NCBI GenBank assembly: GCA_973895155.1
Contig: OZ316894.1
Location: 1-64,000 of the forward strand
Source of the DNA: Marsupella aquatica
Taxonomy: Eukaryota > Plantae > Marchantiophyta
Reading direction: 5' to 3'
Length of the DNA stretch: 64,000 nucleotides
In this document: in pieces, positions 23,133 through 35,922 of the stretch
How the letters are laid out: each line of letters starts with the position of its first letter
Numbering within the stretch: position 1 is the first letter of the stretch
Notes under the pieces: model-generated
Seen by the model: only the letters and a program-made list of their open reading frames with translations
Told to the model about the DNA's origin: nothing
Databases searched by the model: none
Position numbers and translations under genes: made by a program

Positions 23133-24509
23133 ATGCTCCATAAACGAAGGGAGAGGAGAAAAAATGAAAATAAATTTCATGAATATGGCGCCGAATTTTC
23201 TATCATAACATTTTGTTCAATATGGGATTATCTAAGCAAATTATGTGAATCTAAACAACAATTTATTTTATATTGGATTTTAAAAAATGAAAATATTTTT
23301 GTATATTTTGTTACACACATTTTACAAATAAATGTGTCCAATTTTTCAAGAGCTAAATTTTTGAATGGGTATAACAACTGCAGAAGTGCAATTCCACCAA
23401 TTCTCCCTCTTCAAACACTTCAACAAACCGAGAAAATCTTTCATCATCATCAACAGAGACAAAAATTGCCTCCACTATTGAAAAAATTCATGGGAAAATT
23501 TCACATCCTTAACCTATCCCAACTCCGTACCTTACAAGTAGAGAGGGTAGCTTCTTGTAAAGTTGACAATACATTCTCTTCAACACAAGTAGAAGTGCAA
23601 CAAATATCAAAATCACAACTGAAAAAATTGACTGGAGTGATAATGGGAAATTGGAAGGAAGACATGACTAAAACCAATCATAGTAATCTTACATTCACAT
23701 TTGAGCGTTATCCATCAAATTTTCTAGTGATAGAGAAATCTGAAAATATTGTTTACTTTTACGACAAGTCAGGGAAAAAGCCTTGGCTTGTAGCAATGCT
23801 CATGCACCAACAAATATTGGGAGTGACAACATTACAATTCATTCGAAAACTTTTGAGTGCATTGTTTGTTGCTCATTCTCCATTTCAAAGAGGCGAGGGG
23901 AAAAAAGCTTTTGACAGCTTCATGACAGGATATGGTCCTTGGAATAGCAGTTACATGGGTGGCCGTTTGACTTATTACACACACCAGAAGAAGATGAATA
24001 CCATTTTCGATGATTGCCTTGATGTCAAAGATTTTGAGAAGTGGATCGATAAATATTCACATATTGAACTTATGGATATTATATTGGGCCTTTATATGTG
24101 GTGGTGCCCAGAGATGATAGAGTGTTTTTTGGAATACTCTCATCCATACTTACTATCATCTGATCGTGACAAACATCATGGAAGTGAAGAGCAGATAGGG
24201 GAGAATGTTAGACCTAGTACTTACCAATTATATATAAGTGAGGATTATTGTGTGCAAACACATGCTGATGATGATGCAACTGACTTCACCTTAGCGTATG
24301 CTAGTCATCCTGACCATTTCCTTTCAGCAATCGATTTTGTAATTCCAGAGTATGGAATTAGATTGCCAATTAGAGATGGAAATCTATTTGCATTTCGGAG
24401 CGATGTAGTTCATGGTACAGGCTTTAGGATGAAAACATCGAATCCTGCATATGTTGGAGCTATTACCGTGAATAAAAACCTCAGCAGACTGATGCAAAAA
24501 TTACATTAA
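23133..24509 (+). CDS. TET/JBP-like Fe(II)-dependent dioxygenase (458 aa from ATG 23133), apparently intact
   Basis: DSBH motifs: FMTGYGPW...YY; THADDD (HxD); FVIPEYGIRLPIRDGNLFAFRSDVVHGTG (distal His). A TTTTGCAG acceptor lies immediately before the ATG. Confidence 0.7.
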   Translation: MLHKRRERRKNENKFHEYGAEFSIITFCSIWDYLSKLCESKQQFILYWILKNENIFVYFVTHILQINVSNFSRAKFLNGYNNCRSAIPPILPLQTLQQTEKIFHHHQQRQKLPPLLKKFMGKFHILNLSQLRTLQVERVASCKVDNTFSSTQVEVQQISKSQLKKLTGVIMGNWKEDMTKTNHSNLTFTFERYPSNFLVIEKSENIVYFYDKSGKKPWLVAMLMHQQILGVTTLQFIRKLLSALFVAHSPFQRGEGKKAFDSFMTGYGPWNSSYMGGRLTYYTHQKKMNTIFDDCLDVKDFEKWIDKYSHIELMDIILGLYMWWCPEMIECFLEYSHPYLLSSDRDKHHGSEEQIGENVRPSTYQLYISEDYCVQTHADDDATDFTLAYASHPDHFLSAIDFVIPEYGIRLPIRDGNLFAFRSDVVHGTGFRMKTSNPAYVGAITVNKNLSRLMQKLH

Positions 24510-25409
24510 AATTATTGTGTAGATGTGCTCTCCCGGGGCAAGCTGAGAGCGCTTGGAGGGGCTACTCAAAGTGGTGAGTGCTCGTAGGGTGGAGATGACA
24601 CCATGGTCATTTTGGATTTAGCCTGGTCATCATTATATTTGGTATTGAAATTCAGATTCTGACGTCATTTTAGCGATTCTTTCAAGAAGAGTAGGGGTTT
24701 GGCATAATCTCGTTGAAAAATGGAATGTTGTCATCATGACTTTGCAATATTGGGCATGTTGAGGTGTGAAAGGTAACGCATGTTACTTGTTATGGGGGTG
24801 ATATATTGAAATGGGGAGGTTTTGCAAGATAGAAGAACTCAAATAAATCAACTCAAAGGTGGAATTGATATGATCAGCACACGTACCCTTGAGAGTAACA
24901 AACACTTTGATGATGAGGCACCAACCACAAGTTGAAAACCCCAAAGGACAAGGGTGGGTGTGGATGTCCGGAAAATGGTCTTATTCTTGTGGGGTTAGTG
25001 GTATGCATTTTATTGTATGACTTTGTAGAAGAAACATACAGGCAACTTCACCTTGTTTAGTAAATCACCCTTATACTCATTGGGCTCGTTACTTGCTTCC
25101 CATGGGCTGAAGATACAACTGTAGAGATTCTAGGTGGGCATCCAAACTCATCAAGGGCATAGTTACACTTGATTTGCGTGAACACCTCCAGTCATCAAAT
25201 TATTGAATGTTGTCCAAACTAATCTTCTAAGCCATTTTGGTTTGCCATGACACAACCCATGCAGACCATTGAAATAAGCACATGTCAAACTGATTTTTTT
25301 GAATACCCTGTCTGATTCTTGTAGGCCCGCTTGTAGATCCATTACAAGGAGTCAGAGTGAATTGCAGAATTGGCCATTGTTTGTAACGCGTCTGGAAGGC
25401 TTGACAAGG

Positions 25410-26060
25410 TTAGTACATCTTAACACTTGCATTTTATGATTGACATGAGGGCATTCCAGCACTCATGTTGCAAGGCAGGGGGCTGTTTCACCTGGATTCA
25501 ATTATGATAAGAATTACATATAAAAGTAGAAAGGAAGAATTAAATTCACATCCTTTATTGCCTCCTATTATTTTCACCTTCCCATGTACTTGTTTCGTCT
25601 ATGGTATCACATTGTTTCTGGGGGCGGTGGTGGTTGGAAAAGGTTGGCACATTTTGACACTTGCATTTAACAATTGAGATAAGGGCATTCCGGCACTCAT
25701 GTTGCAAGGCAGGGGGCTGTTTGACCCGGAGTCAATCATACAAAAATTATATATAAAAGTAGAAAAAAAAACCAAATTCACATCCTACATTTCCTCCTAC
25801 TGTTTTCCCTCTCCTGCTTGTTTCTATTAAGGTATCATATTATTTCTAAAGAAGGAGGGGGGCAGCTCAAAAATGTTAATATATCTTGACACTTACATTT
25901 AATGATTGAGATGAGGGCATTCCGGCACTCATGTTGCAAGGCAGGGGGCTGTTTGACCCGGACTCAATCATACAAGAATTACATATAAAAGTAGAAAAGA
26001 AAAACCAAATTCACATTCTACATTTCCTCCTACTATTTTCACTTTCTTACATATTTCTAT
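25410..26060 (+). repeat. Three tandem ~235-bp units
   Basis: AGGGCATTCC(A/G)GCACTCATGTTGCAAGGCAGGGGGCTGTTT at ~25448, ~25682, ~25914. Confidence 0.9.
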
Positions 26061-28256
26061 TATAGTTGTAGTTTGCCAGAGAGAACCAAAAGCACACTTT
26101 TATGTCTCTAAACTTTTATGAACCCTAAAGTTCCACTGACCATTTGTCTTATGAATCTATACAACACAGCGGAGTTATATGAATTCACATGGTCCGAGAA
26201 TTCCCAAGATTACAGGGATTTATGAAAATATACATTTTGACTGGGATGACAAAGATTTAGAGTAAAGATCTCTTTATTTTCACACAAAGTGCATTTTGGA
26301 ATGACATGGGAGTTTGAAAGTTTAGATGGATATCCTCTACGAATGCATGATTCTTTCAACATCCCATCCGAGCTTACAACTCTTTTTGGTCTTTCTCCGT
26401 GGTTTAAAAAGCAAAAGCCAACGCCCGCTGAATGGCTCCCTTTTTGCTAAAAGGCGTTAAAACAGAAGCTCAATTTAGTCAATTGACACATTAGCTGTCC
26501 GCTATAAAGTTGGATTGCACGACATCACAAGTGACGTGTTTACCATGTTTTGGGAGCTACTCCTTCGCAGTAGCTGTCACCTTCTCCCAAGCCTGGTGGG
26601 TTGTGTTGTTGAGAGATCGCTACTACTACAGTACTCGTTCTGTTGACGGACGATCAGCTGGGCAGGAAAGCAAGGAGCGATACAAATCAGACTTCGAGAT
26701 TTGTAACTCGATTCTGACTTCTGTGTCAATTAGTAACATTTGGCAGTACTATCTGCGGGTTTCCTTCTCAAGCTATCACCAATGGAGAAATCGAGTCGTT
26801 GGTCAGTCTGTTTTACTGGACCATTGCACCTTCATTCGCCGGTGCCCCATGATCAGAAACCAGCGTCAATTGTATCAGAATTTGTGAAATCAAGATCTAA
26901 AGTGCCTTGGTCCTCTTAAAGCGACAGGTTGCCAACCAGCTTTCATAGCAGATCGGAAGGAAAAATTGAACTAAGTCTGCCTCACTGAAGGTGCATGTTT
27001 ACGGATTTTACACATCTTGCCTCTACCACTTCTGTTGACATTTTGTCCTAGCTCAGTGACTAAGGTCGACTTGCAATGATATCCAAAACGTACTCTATGT
27101 TAAGTGTATGCGGAAAAGAGATAGTCCTATGAATATCTTAAGAACATCCTTGAACTAAAGGACATGAGGGGCAATTTGACTAAAACTTTGTACAGATCGT
27201 TTAGAGTAGGTCCATATCAGTAGACATAATTTTACGGCTGGAGTTAGTAGCCACTTGGATTAATACAACACGGCACCTTAGGCATACTCCAAATCCCACC
27301 TTGTAATTTTACTGGAGACCCCAGTTTTGATCAGGTTGACGGCATCTTGTCTACTCAATTGATTCAGAGCCCTACACCAGCTTGCCAATTTGTGATGGCA
27401 TAAACGAAGGAATTTTGCGTCCTCATCGGCCGCTGCAGTCTAGCTCGTCTACCAGCAAGACAAGCGCGAACCATACTTACACCAATAGGTTCAGATCCAT
27501 GATTTAGGAAAATAACCTTTTTGGGGAAGCGTTCGCGGAACCAGATGGGACCCGGCCCCGTGCCTATCAATCTCATGAGTGCCTCTGTAATTATTTGCCT
27601 TGTTTTGAGCAGTCACTTACATAATCGTACTGTCTGGAGTCTCCAGACAAGAAGGTTTGTTTGATTTTTGTCATCGCTGATCCACATCGTGGGTCGTCTC
27701 CTCGATTTAGTCGCGTTTTTGTTATATCTGATTGGCATGTACGTTCCATTTGTGAGTACGTTCTAGTGAGAATCCTCCTTGTTACTACCTGCTCCAACCA
27801 CCCTGGATTGCTATGCGTGGGTGAGCAGAGTCTTTCTTGTTGCCTAAAAAAAACCAAAAGAGCTCCATTAAATTAGTCAGCATACAGAAAGGCGGAGCCC
27901 CAGAAAAGAGCGCCAACCCAGGTGGACCGAAGGTCGATGTGCCGGGACCTGTGAAGCAGAGTCTCTTTCAAGCTTCTCCTGTCGGTGGAAAATTCCGAGT
28001 CCCAAATCCCAAGGGTGTAGCCCAGGTCTCTCCTCCAACCTTACTCAACCCCAAAAGTAGATTATCTGGAACAGTGGGATCGCCTCAGTGGATGGGAGGG
28101 GTGGGGGGCTCCAAGATTCCCCACTGTAGCCTCCCATGGGAGTCTGGGCCATGTCTCAGTCCCAATGCAGGGGCTGATAAAGAAGGCTCCAAGAGGGTTG
28201 GTTTTCTAGAGTTAGAAAGTCCGTAGCCCCTTGTGTATCCTCAATCAGCCAGCATA

Positions 28257-28815
28257 TTGTCAGATTATTATCAATATATTTCTTTGACCTATCTGCCTGT
28301 CCAATTGCCATTTTAGTTATTGTAATGCTTGATCACATTGGGAGTTGAGCTACAGACAAAAGAATGGAGGCTTCAAGTTGCCCAAAGGGCAACGTGACTC
28401 ACTGCCCAAAGAAATAGATTTCCTTTAATTTGGTCGGATTGTGGCTTTGTTACTTTTTGTCTTCCCACACTTTGCATCCTTTTTTAGTAAAATTGTTGAT
28501 TTTTGTCAAATTTTGAAGAGAGAGTGGGTGAGAGAGAAAGAAACAGACGTGGGATTGCGTTGCAACACTGGACAAGCAGATAGGCCAAAGGAATTGACAA
28601 TAATCTGACAACCCTGGATCACCAATGCCTTGCAACTGGCGCAGAATGAGGCATTGGCACCGATGCCTTGGAACTAGCGCACTGGAGAGGCAGATAGGCC
28701 AAAGGAATTGACAATAATTTGACAACCCTGGATCACCGATGCCTTGGAACTAGCGCAGAATGAGGCATTGGCACCGATGCCTTAGAACTAGCGCAGAATG
28801 AAGCATTGGCAGCTA
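28257..28815. repeat. Inverted plus direct repeat cluster
   Basis: 28257-28302 is the reverse complement of ~28570-28611 (GCAGATAGGCCAAAGGAATTGACAATAAT), which recurs at ~28690. GATGCCTTGGAACTAGCGCAGAATGAGGCATTGGCACC subrepeats. Confidence 0.75.
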
Positions 28816-29527
28816 CCTCTGCGTAGCCCCACCCATGCTCCAAGAAATCTCAATTGCCCTTTCCCTCATACGATGAGCTGGATGTCACGACTCCAAGGTT
28901 CCACTACATCTGACACAGCATCTTTAGTGTCATTACCACTACATCTGTGTTCCTTGGGGTGATCAAATCTAGTGTCTTGAGTCAAGCGTTTTCCGCCTGT
29001 TGTTGATAGTGGGACTTAACAAAGCTCGATCTTACTTAGAATATCCAGAATCATCTCCACCATTACCTCCCTGTGGCACACCTTATTAAAGCTGCTCTAA
29101 CCGATCCAGGACTATGACCTTCACATTTGTCATTTTGAGAAAGCAGCAACTGGCAATATATAGTTGTTTGCAGCACCTGTGATATCTGTGGGGGCCAATG
29201 AGAAAGAAATCAAAGTTACAACACATTTGTACATGACCAAGGGGGGCAGAGTCTAGACTTGTCACAAGCTCGGACAACGGGAGGTCACTCATGGTTTGGG
29301 AGATCATTTAAGATTTGCAATGTTTTAAGATTTGCAATGCAAGACTTTCAGTGCAATGGACAATAGATGTTAAATTAGATGTGGCCTTTGTGATACATTC
29401 TTGCCTCTGTGAAAGTATATCATGCTTATTGTCTGGAGATTGTCTCACAAATGTATATCCTTCCTTTTGTCTTTTGCTGTGCCAAAGACTTTTACTGTGC
29501 CGAAAACGAAGACCCAAGCTGTACCGA

Positions 29528-29935
29528 AGACCAAACTGTGCTGAATTCAAGTTCGACAACAAATTTCCAGGAGACCAAACTGTGCTGAATTCAAGTTCGA
29601 CAACAAATTTCCAAGAGGTAAGTACACCATGTCACAAATTGTAACCACTAGAACATAAATGTGAAGTACACGGCTTATATAATGAACAAGTCTGCATCGC
29701 GACAGTGCTTGTAAACGTTTTTCATGAGTATTACGCACCGTCATGGCTACATGCCATTGCATTTATGCCCCGGCCCAGATGCACGTAGTCTGGTTGATCT
29801 AGTAATGCACGACAGTGCTTGTAGACGTTTTTCACGAGTATTGCGCACCCTAATGGCTGGATGCCATTGCATTTATGCCCCGGCCCAGATGCACGCAGTC
29901 TGGTTGATCCAGTGATGCATTTACGCCCCGGCCTA
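29528..29935 (+). repeat. Local tandem duplications (~44 bp at 29528/29572; ~120 bp at ~29700/29810)
   Basis: AGACCAAACTGTGCTGAATTCAAGTTCGACAACAAATTTCCA x2; TGCATTTATGCCCCGGCCCAGATGCACG x2-3. Confidence 0.8.
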
Positions 29936-32900
29936 GACTCCACTATAGCCAGCAGCCCATGTTCAACCATAACTATGACATCTGGTCAGCTTGGTTAAGC
30001 TTTATTCACTATGATCCAGACCTGTGGATTTTCTTTCCACACCAAGGCGAATTTAAGCAAGTGGACATTTCAATATCACCCACATCCCTAGCCAACCACA
30101 TTTTCTCTACTGCTTTCCTGAATGCATGGCCGAGAATAAAAGGAACGTAGACGTCGCATGGTATCTAAACTTTAGTGTGCACGAGTTTTAGAGTGACGTT
30201 TTGGCTTACTGTCATATTCTAGATGGGATGTGCAAGCTACTGTAGTTTCGGAGTTGTTCTGCAATGATATAACGCTATCATGTGGACAACTTTCTGGAAA
30301 TTCTAAAGTATTGGAAGTTAGCATCCTTCTGGTTTTCTATGGTTTCTCCCCGTTGCGCCGAATGTTCAGTTGAAGCTGATGAACATTTTATCCTCTCTCC
30401 CTGCGTAGCTAATTTTTGGGTGTTGTCGAGGAAGTGCTTCATCTGGAAAAGAAGTCTTGCAAATCTTGATTGACTACTTTAGTGTCTGCTACGACCCATT
30501 ATCGATCCCATGGTTGGCGAAAGCCTGTCTGAAATCATGCGTAATTAATGAAGCCAATCGGATTGGCACTGAGCAATCGAATACTCCAATTTGGGCAGAG
30601 TTCGGCTTTGAGACTGTACCCAAACTAGCTTGCTGAGCTAGATGCTGAACTACTCCACGCCCAATCAAACTCGGCCCCGGTGCCAATAGTACTACACATG
30701 CTATCGCATCATACCTAGCATGAAGTCTACACATGCTATCGCATCATACCTAGCATGAAGTCAGCTGATCAGATTGTACACACTACACTGCTGGTCAGGG
30801 CTCAAATGCGAAAGCGTTATCCCTGCTACTGGGGCCTACAGCAGCCTTAGCTCCTGCAGCAGATTAACAAAATATGCAGCAGCCGGGGCTGGGGCCAGAG
30901 CTGCAGGTCCAACCGCTCCAGTTGTTGAGGCGCCTACAGATCCTGGTTCATTGGGGTCATTCGGCCCATTACTCCCTTTGTTGCAAATCGACAGGCGCTT
31001 CAATATTTTGTTAATCATACCTCAGCGCCTACCCTTGCCCCATCGCCTCTATCTTAAAGCAAGATGAGCACCCGCATACGACTAATGTCTACCCAACACT
31101 CCCTCTTTCTATTTGGCCGCGCCAGCAGCCAGCCATGCATTTGCAGCAAGGTGCAAATTGGCATGACCAACACGACACAACAGTATGAAGTATTTCGAGA
31201 TCAAAATTCTTCTCGAATCTCCAATGTGTAAATGCGCACTGTATACGGGGCGAAATACTTCTCCTTCAATGTCTGTCTAGGTTGTTTCGAGCTGCTGCAG
31301 TTGTACTCTTCCCTATAAGCGAGTTCTTGTCATTGGAAATGGAATGTGATTTAGTGAATGCCTTCTGCATATCAGGGCTAGGGACATCTACGATATTTTC
31401 TGTAGATGGCAATAGGAAAACATAGGAAATGATGGTGGATATGTGCTCCTGTGTCGTAATTGTTTTTGTTTAGCTACAAAATAATGTTCTGGACCTAATT
31501 CCGACTTTCTATCTAGTTGACTTGGTTTAGAAGATGCTACTGGCTTGGTGGTGCATAAGGATCAACGCAATAAACTATCTTCTGCTACAGTTTAGTTCCT
31601 GGCCATATCATGATTGTTTATTAAGATTAGTGGAGTCCCTTACCATGTGAGAAAATCAGTCGGTGCTTTCATCTCCACAACACTATACTGCCATAGCAGC
31701 CCACTTATCATCCAAGGTTTCAGATTTCAAGCTGCCTGATTTTGAGGATTACTACTCATTGTGAATAAGAGACTCGACGTTTCAGATTAGGTCGATCGTG
31801 GTCTGCAGAATGCGGTGAAAACTACTTCTCTCCTCGTCTATAACGTTTGTAATCTAAGTTGAATCATTATTACTGGAACTCGGTCACTAGCCAATTTCAG
31901 AACAACCTTTCGTGGGCGACTTCTTGCAATATTATTGATGGACCTATATCTACTCTTCATTGAAATTAAGATGTGGGTACGATTCTTGCCTCCTTGAGAA
32001 CAGATGATATTGCAGGCATTGTGAGAAGTATTGTCTAGATTGAATGAATATCTACTACTCCCCTAATTCGATTATGCTGGAGGAGGTGCTGCATTCCACA
32101 GAGAAGTGTTGATGAATACTGTTATTACTGCGCTTGAATAAATGCTTGCTCTCTCCATTCCCAACGGCAAGGTTTATAATTATCAGATATTGTCGGCCTT
32201 GGTAAAGTCATTGACCTTCCCCCATTGTGAAGAGAAGATGATAAATTCTATCCCCACGCTAGCTATGTCCTTATGCTCCCCGCTCCTCCACTACTTAGAC
32301 TGCTACGCAAGTCTTACAAAGCCAGGCCGATGCTGAACAGGGGAATATTTCCCATGCCATAAGGTCAGCTGCGCCACCACGAACACCTCCCGGAGCCTCC
32401 TTCCTCCGACTTCCAATCCCCGAATAAGCACATGCCCTGCCCTGCCTAGGACTTCACTCTCGTGTCTCAATCGCAGTCATGAGTTCAGCATCATTGGTAA
32501 TACCTACGGTGGTCCCCTGTGGCGCTGCTCTCCTTTGTATTGCGCGTGGGAAGACCAAAATCTAGCGACATTTTCAAACCATGTATTGTGCAACCGTTAT
32601 GAGCAACTCGCATCCTTTGCTCACAAATTAACTGTCTTTCTCTGTCACGCCCACGGTTTTGCTGCTGAACTTTGCAATTTCAAACACTTCAACGTAGGCC
32701 TCTTTAACTTTCTCTGGGCGCTTCAAGGAGATGGATTCCAAACAGCCCTCCACCGGGATATAATCACTGAGACTACACTTCAATGCCTACAACGTCACTA
32801 CGCGCGCCACGAAGCGAAGGAAAGGAATGACGGAAAAAATGTGGCAGAGGCTTGCCTTCAGCTCGGAAGCTCTTCACCAACAGCTCAGTCGCACCGACAA

Positions 32901-33799
32901 ATCAAGTGCGAAACCTCTAAGTTGGCCTACATTGAAGTACCTAGGACTTCTGATTGCTGGTCTCATAGCTCGCAAGGTGCACTGTCAAATTCCCATAACG
33001 CCACGTTCGACTGGCTCAGCTCCGCTGTCAAGAACGATGGGCTTAGCCTTCTTAAGGTCGATCCACTTACGGTGACAATTCTCCGAGGAGAGCTCCTGGT
33101 CAAACTCTTGAGTGTCGTCCACCTTGAATGAACCGGAGCTAACTCCTTTCCAGCTTCCTTTCTTCAACTGCGCATGGCCAGCCTGCTCTACTTTCAGCTT
33201 TCCAGATGCTACTGCGCGTCAGGGAGAGCACTATGGGTTGTGGGTTGGGCAAAGCCTTCCCTCCAATCCACAATAGTTTTGAATCCCTTTCCACCAGCCG
33301 GCTTAGCCCTGCCTCACTGATGTCCCCACCTTGCCAGAAAGCCACATTTTCATCCTTGTAAAGGGATCGTGCACTTTTGGAAGACCGAAGCCTGACGGGT
33401 GCAAGATTGGGGATATCAGCGGAACTAGGGATTCCCCGGAAAACCAGCATCCAGGCAAGGCATTCTTCAGTTTCAGCATCCTTTCCTGAGCTTCCAATCC
33501 TTGCTGAGAATCAAAGGGCAAGAGGGATTCCAGAGCCCACTCTAGTGTTTGATGCTATGGAATGACATCTAATTTTAGGGTCCCTAAACCCTAGTGACAT
33601 CTATTTGTAGGAAAGAAGTCTTCATTGTTTACAAACTTGATTCATGCTTGTTTCATACAAGTCCTTGTATTAATTAAAACATCAATGTGCTCTTAGTTAA
33701 GAAAACTACTATTGGGGAATAAATGACCTTGCCATGAGTACTCTATTTGGATGGCAGTTTTTACTGCAAAAGTGAGGAGGTCTGGCTGGGATGGGACAT

Positions 33800-34041
33800 C
33801 ATTGGGTTTGCGCATTCTTAAGCCATGAATTGCTGACTATTTTGTTCAAGATGACTCCAAAATTCAATGAATCCAGTATATACTAGATGGACTAGGTCTA
33901 TGCAACTAGGATGGGAGACCTTTTAATATTCATTGGGTTTGCACATTCTTAAGCTATGAATTGCTGACTAGTTTGTTCAAGATGACTCCAAAATTCAATG
34001 AATCTAGTATATACTAGATGGACTAGGTCTATGCAACTAGG
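33800..34041 (+). repeat. Tandem duplication, ~131-bp period
   Basis: CATTGGGTTTGC.CATTCTTAAGC...GGTCTATGCAACTAGG twice. Confidence 0.85.
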
Positions 34042-34536
34042 TTAGGTTTTCTCTTCTGACCATGTTGTCATTATTATAACAAAAATTAACAATCTTTATT
34101 TAGTCCAATTTTAACTCACAAATTTCCAACCATACTTTAATAACCTATAATTAATTTTTATAGATAATTTTTGGTTACATGCATGAATGATCTTAGTGTA
34201 CACATGATATATGACATTGAAATCTACAATTTATTATGTAACCCTAAGGATTATCATTGCAATGACAATAATTCTTTTGAATCCTTTGTATTTTATCTCA
34301 TTCGTATCCTTGTTTGAAATGGTGTTGCAGAGTTCCTTTGGCTCTTCATGTCAACATAGAATCAAGGTGTAGGGTGAGCAATTGTAGTAGTGGATCAGAT
34401 CTCTGCGTGGGCTCACGAACCTGAAGGTAGGGCTGGTGTCCATCCTATACACAGTGACACTTCCAATTCATTCCAATTACAGCAAATATCTTTCCAGCAT
34501 GTCAACTAAATTGCAATGTCTTATTGATTTGTAGGC

Positions 34537-35217
34537 ATGGCATGTAACAAGCAGAAGGCCAAGAAGCCTAAGACGGAGGTGAGCAACACACAGGTGTCTT
34601 GCACAGATTGTGAGAATTTCTCCAAGAGTCAAGTGTACCAGAAGGCAGCTCATTGTTGTGCCATTTGTGATGATGGTGGGGGCTTGGTTATCTGTGATGG
34701 CCCATGCACGAGACATTTCCACCTAAACCCTGAGTCTAACCTTGCTGTAGAGAACAATTGTCCAGGGGTGGGGCTCCCCTCTGCACACAAGGGAGCCTGG
34801 ATGTGCACTGATTGTGTAGAGAAGCAAGCTAAGTGTGCACAGTGTGGAAAGTTGGGGTCTTATGAGACCTTTGCTGATGCCGGACTAGTTGTTAGGAAAT
34901 GCCCTGACAGATTTTGCATAAGATTTTATTGTTTGTCATGTTTGCCTACTCATGCCACAGTCTGCCCACTTCATACATGCAAGGCATGTGGTGAGCATGA
35001 TGATGAGTATTGGACAGACATAGTCCATTGTGTTAGATGTCCCACAATGTGGCATTTTCATTGTTTGAAGGACCTTCAAGCAGAAGGCTATGCTTGTGAC
35101 AGAGAAATCTATGATCACTCTGCACATGGCGTTGATCGATGGATCTTTTACTGTCATCGCCATCCGATTGATCCTACTTTGCATACTCCTGTCAGAGATC
35201 ACATATCTTGGCTTTGA
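34537..35217 (+). CDS. Stand-alone EDM2-type multi-PHD zinc-finger protein (226 aa)
   Basis: CAICDDGG.L..CDGPC.RHFH...C.DC....CAQCGKLGS...C..RFYC..C...CPLHTCKAC...CVRCPT.WH.HCL...IFYCHRHPID..L.TPVRDH matches the EDM2 PHD module, including its TPVRDH tail. Acceptor TTTGTAG just before the ATG. Confidence 0.85.
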   Translation: MACNKQKAKKPKTEVSNTQVSCTDCENFSKSQVYQKAAHCCAICDDGGGLVICDGPCTRHFHLNPESNLAVENNCPGVGLPSAHKGAWMCTDCVEKQAKCAQCGKLGSYETFADAGLVVRKCPDRFCIRFYCLSCLPTHATVCPLHTCKACGEHDDEYWTDIVHCVRCPTMWHFHCLKDLQAEGYACDREIYDHSAHGVDRWIFYCHRHPIDPTLHTPVRDHISWL

Positions 35218-35613
35218 AGCTGAACGAAGTGGGTTGGTACAGTGCCCCTAATGTGGATGTATTGTTTGGAGATTACAGAGAGTTCATTTTTGATGAGAAG
35301 GGCCATTGAAATATTAGGCAACAGTTATCTTGTGCTTACATGTGGCTAGGTACATGCCACTAAAAACTTACCTTAAGCCTTCCATGATCTCTTCAGACTG
35401 AGCAATCATTTTGAAAATTAATAAAATTATAAACTTATTGTTATGTGTCTATGAAGTATAAGGCTTTCGGATGACAAATTCTTAGTTTGTATAAATTCTT
35501 GATTCTGATTCAATGGGTAGTCCTTCATTTATAACATACTTTATATGTATTATCACAAAACAATACTCAAGACACTATCTCCTTTTTGTATTCTGTGCAG
35601 TATCATTCATATC

Positions 35614-35727
35614 AACATTTGTACAATATTGAAGCCAGACCCAAGAAAAGAAGTGACAACTGCTTTCGACAACATTTGTACAATATTGAAGCCAGACCCA
35701 AGAAAAGAAGTGACAACTGCTTTCGAC
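35614..35727 (+). repeat. 57-bp exact tandem duplication in the upstream exon of the second dioxygenase gene
   Basis: AACATTTGTACAATATTGAAGCCAGACCCAAGAAAAGAAGTGACAACTGCTTTCGAC x2. Confidence 0.9.
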
Positions 35728-35922
35728 AAATCAGTACTTTGGGAAGGTGAGTACCTAAACATCAAATTTATTTCTTTTTGTCCTCCTAAATCTTAAATGG
35801 TTCATAAATCCAATGACAAAAGTTACTTACGGCATTTTGGTACTCAGATCTTAAATGGTTCGTGTACTATTTGACCGGAATTGTAATTTTTACTAAATAA
35901 ATTATTTGTTCTTACATGGCAG

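Noticed and set aside
32535-33131. 198-aa plus-strand ORF
   Set aside because: It has a TTG start and no motifs, and is more likely antisense to a decayed minus-strand gene.
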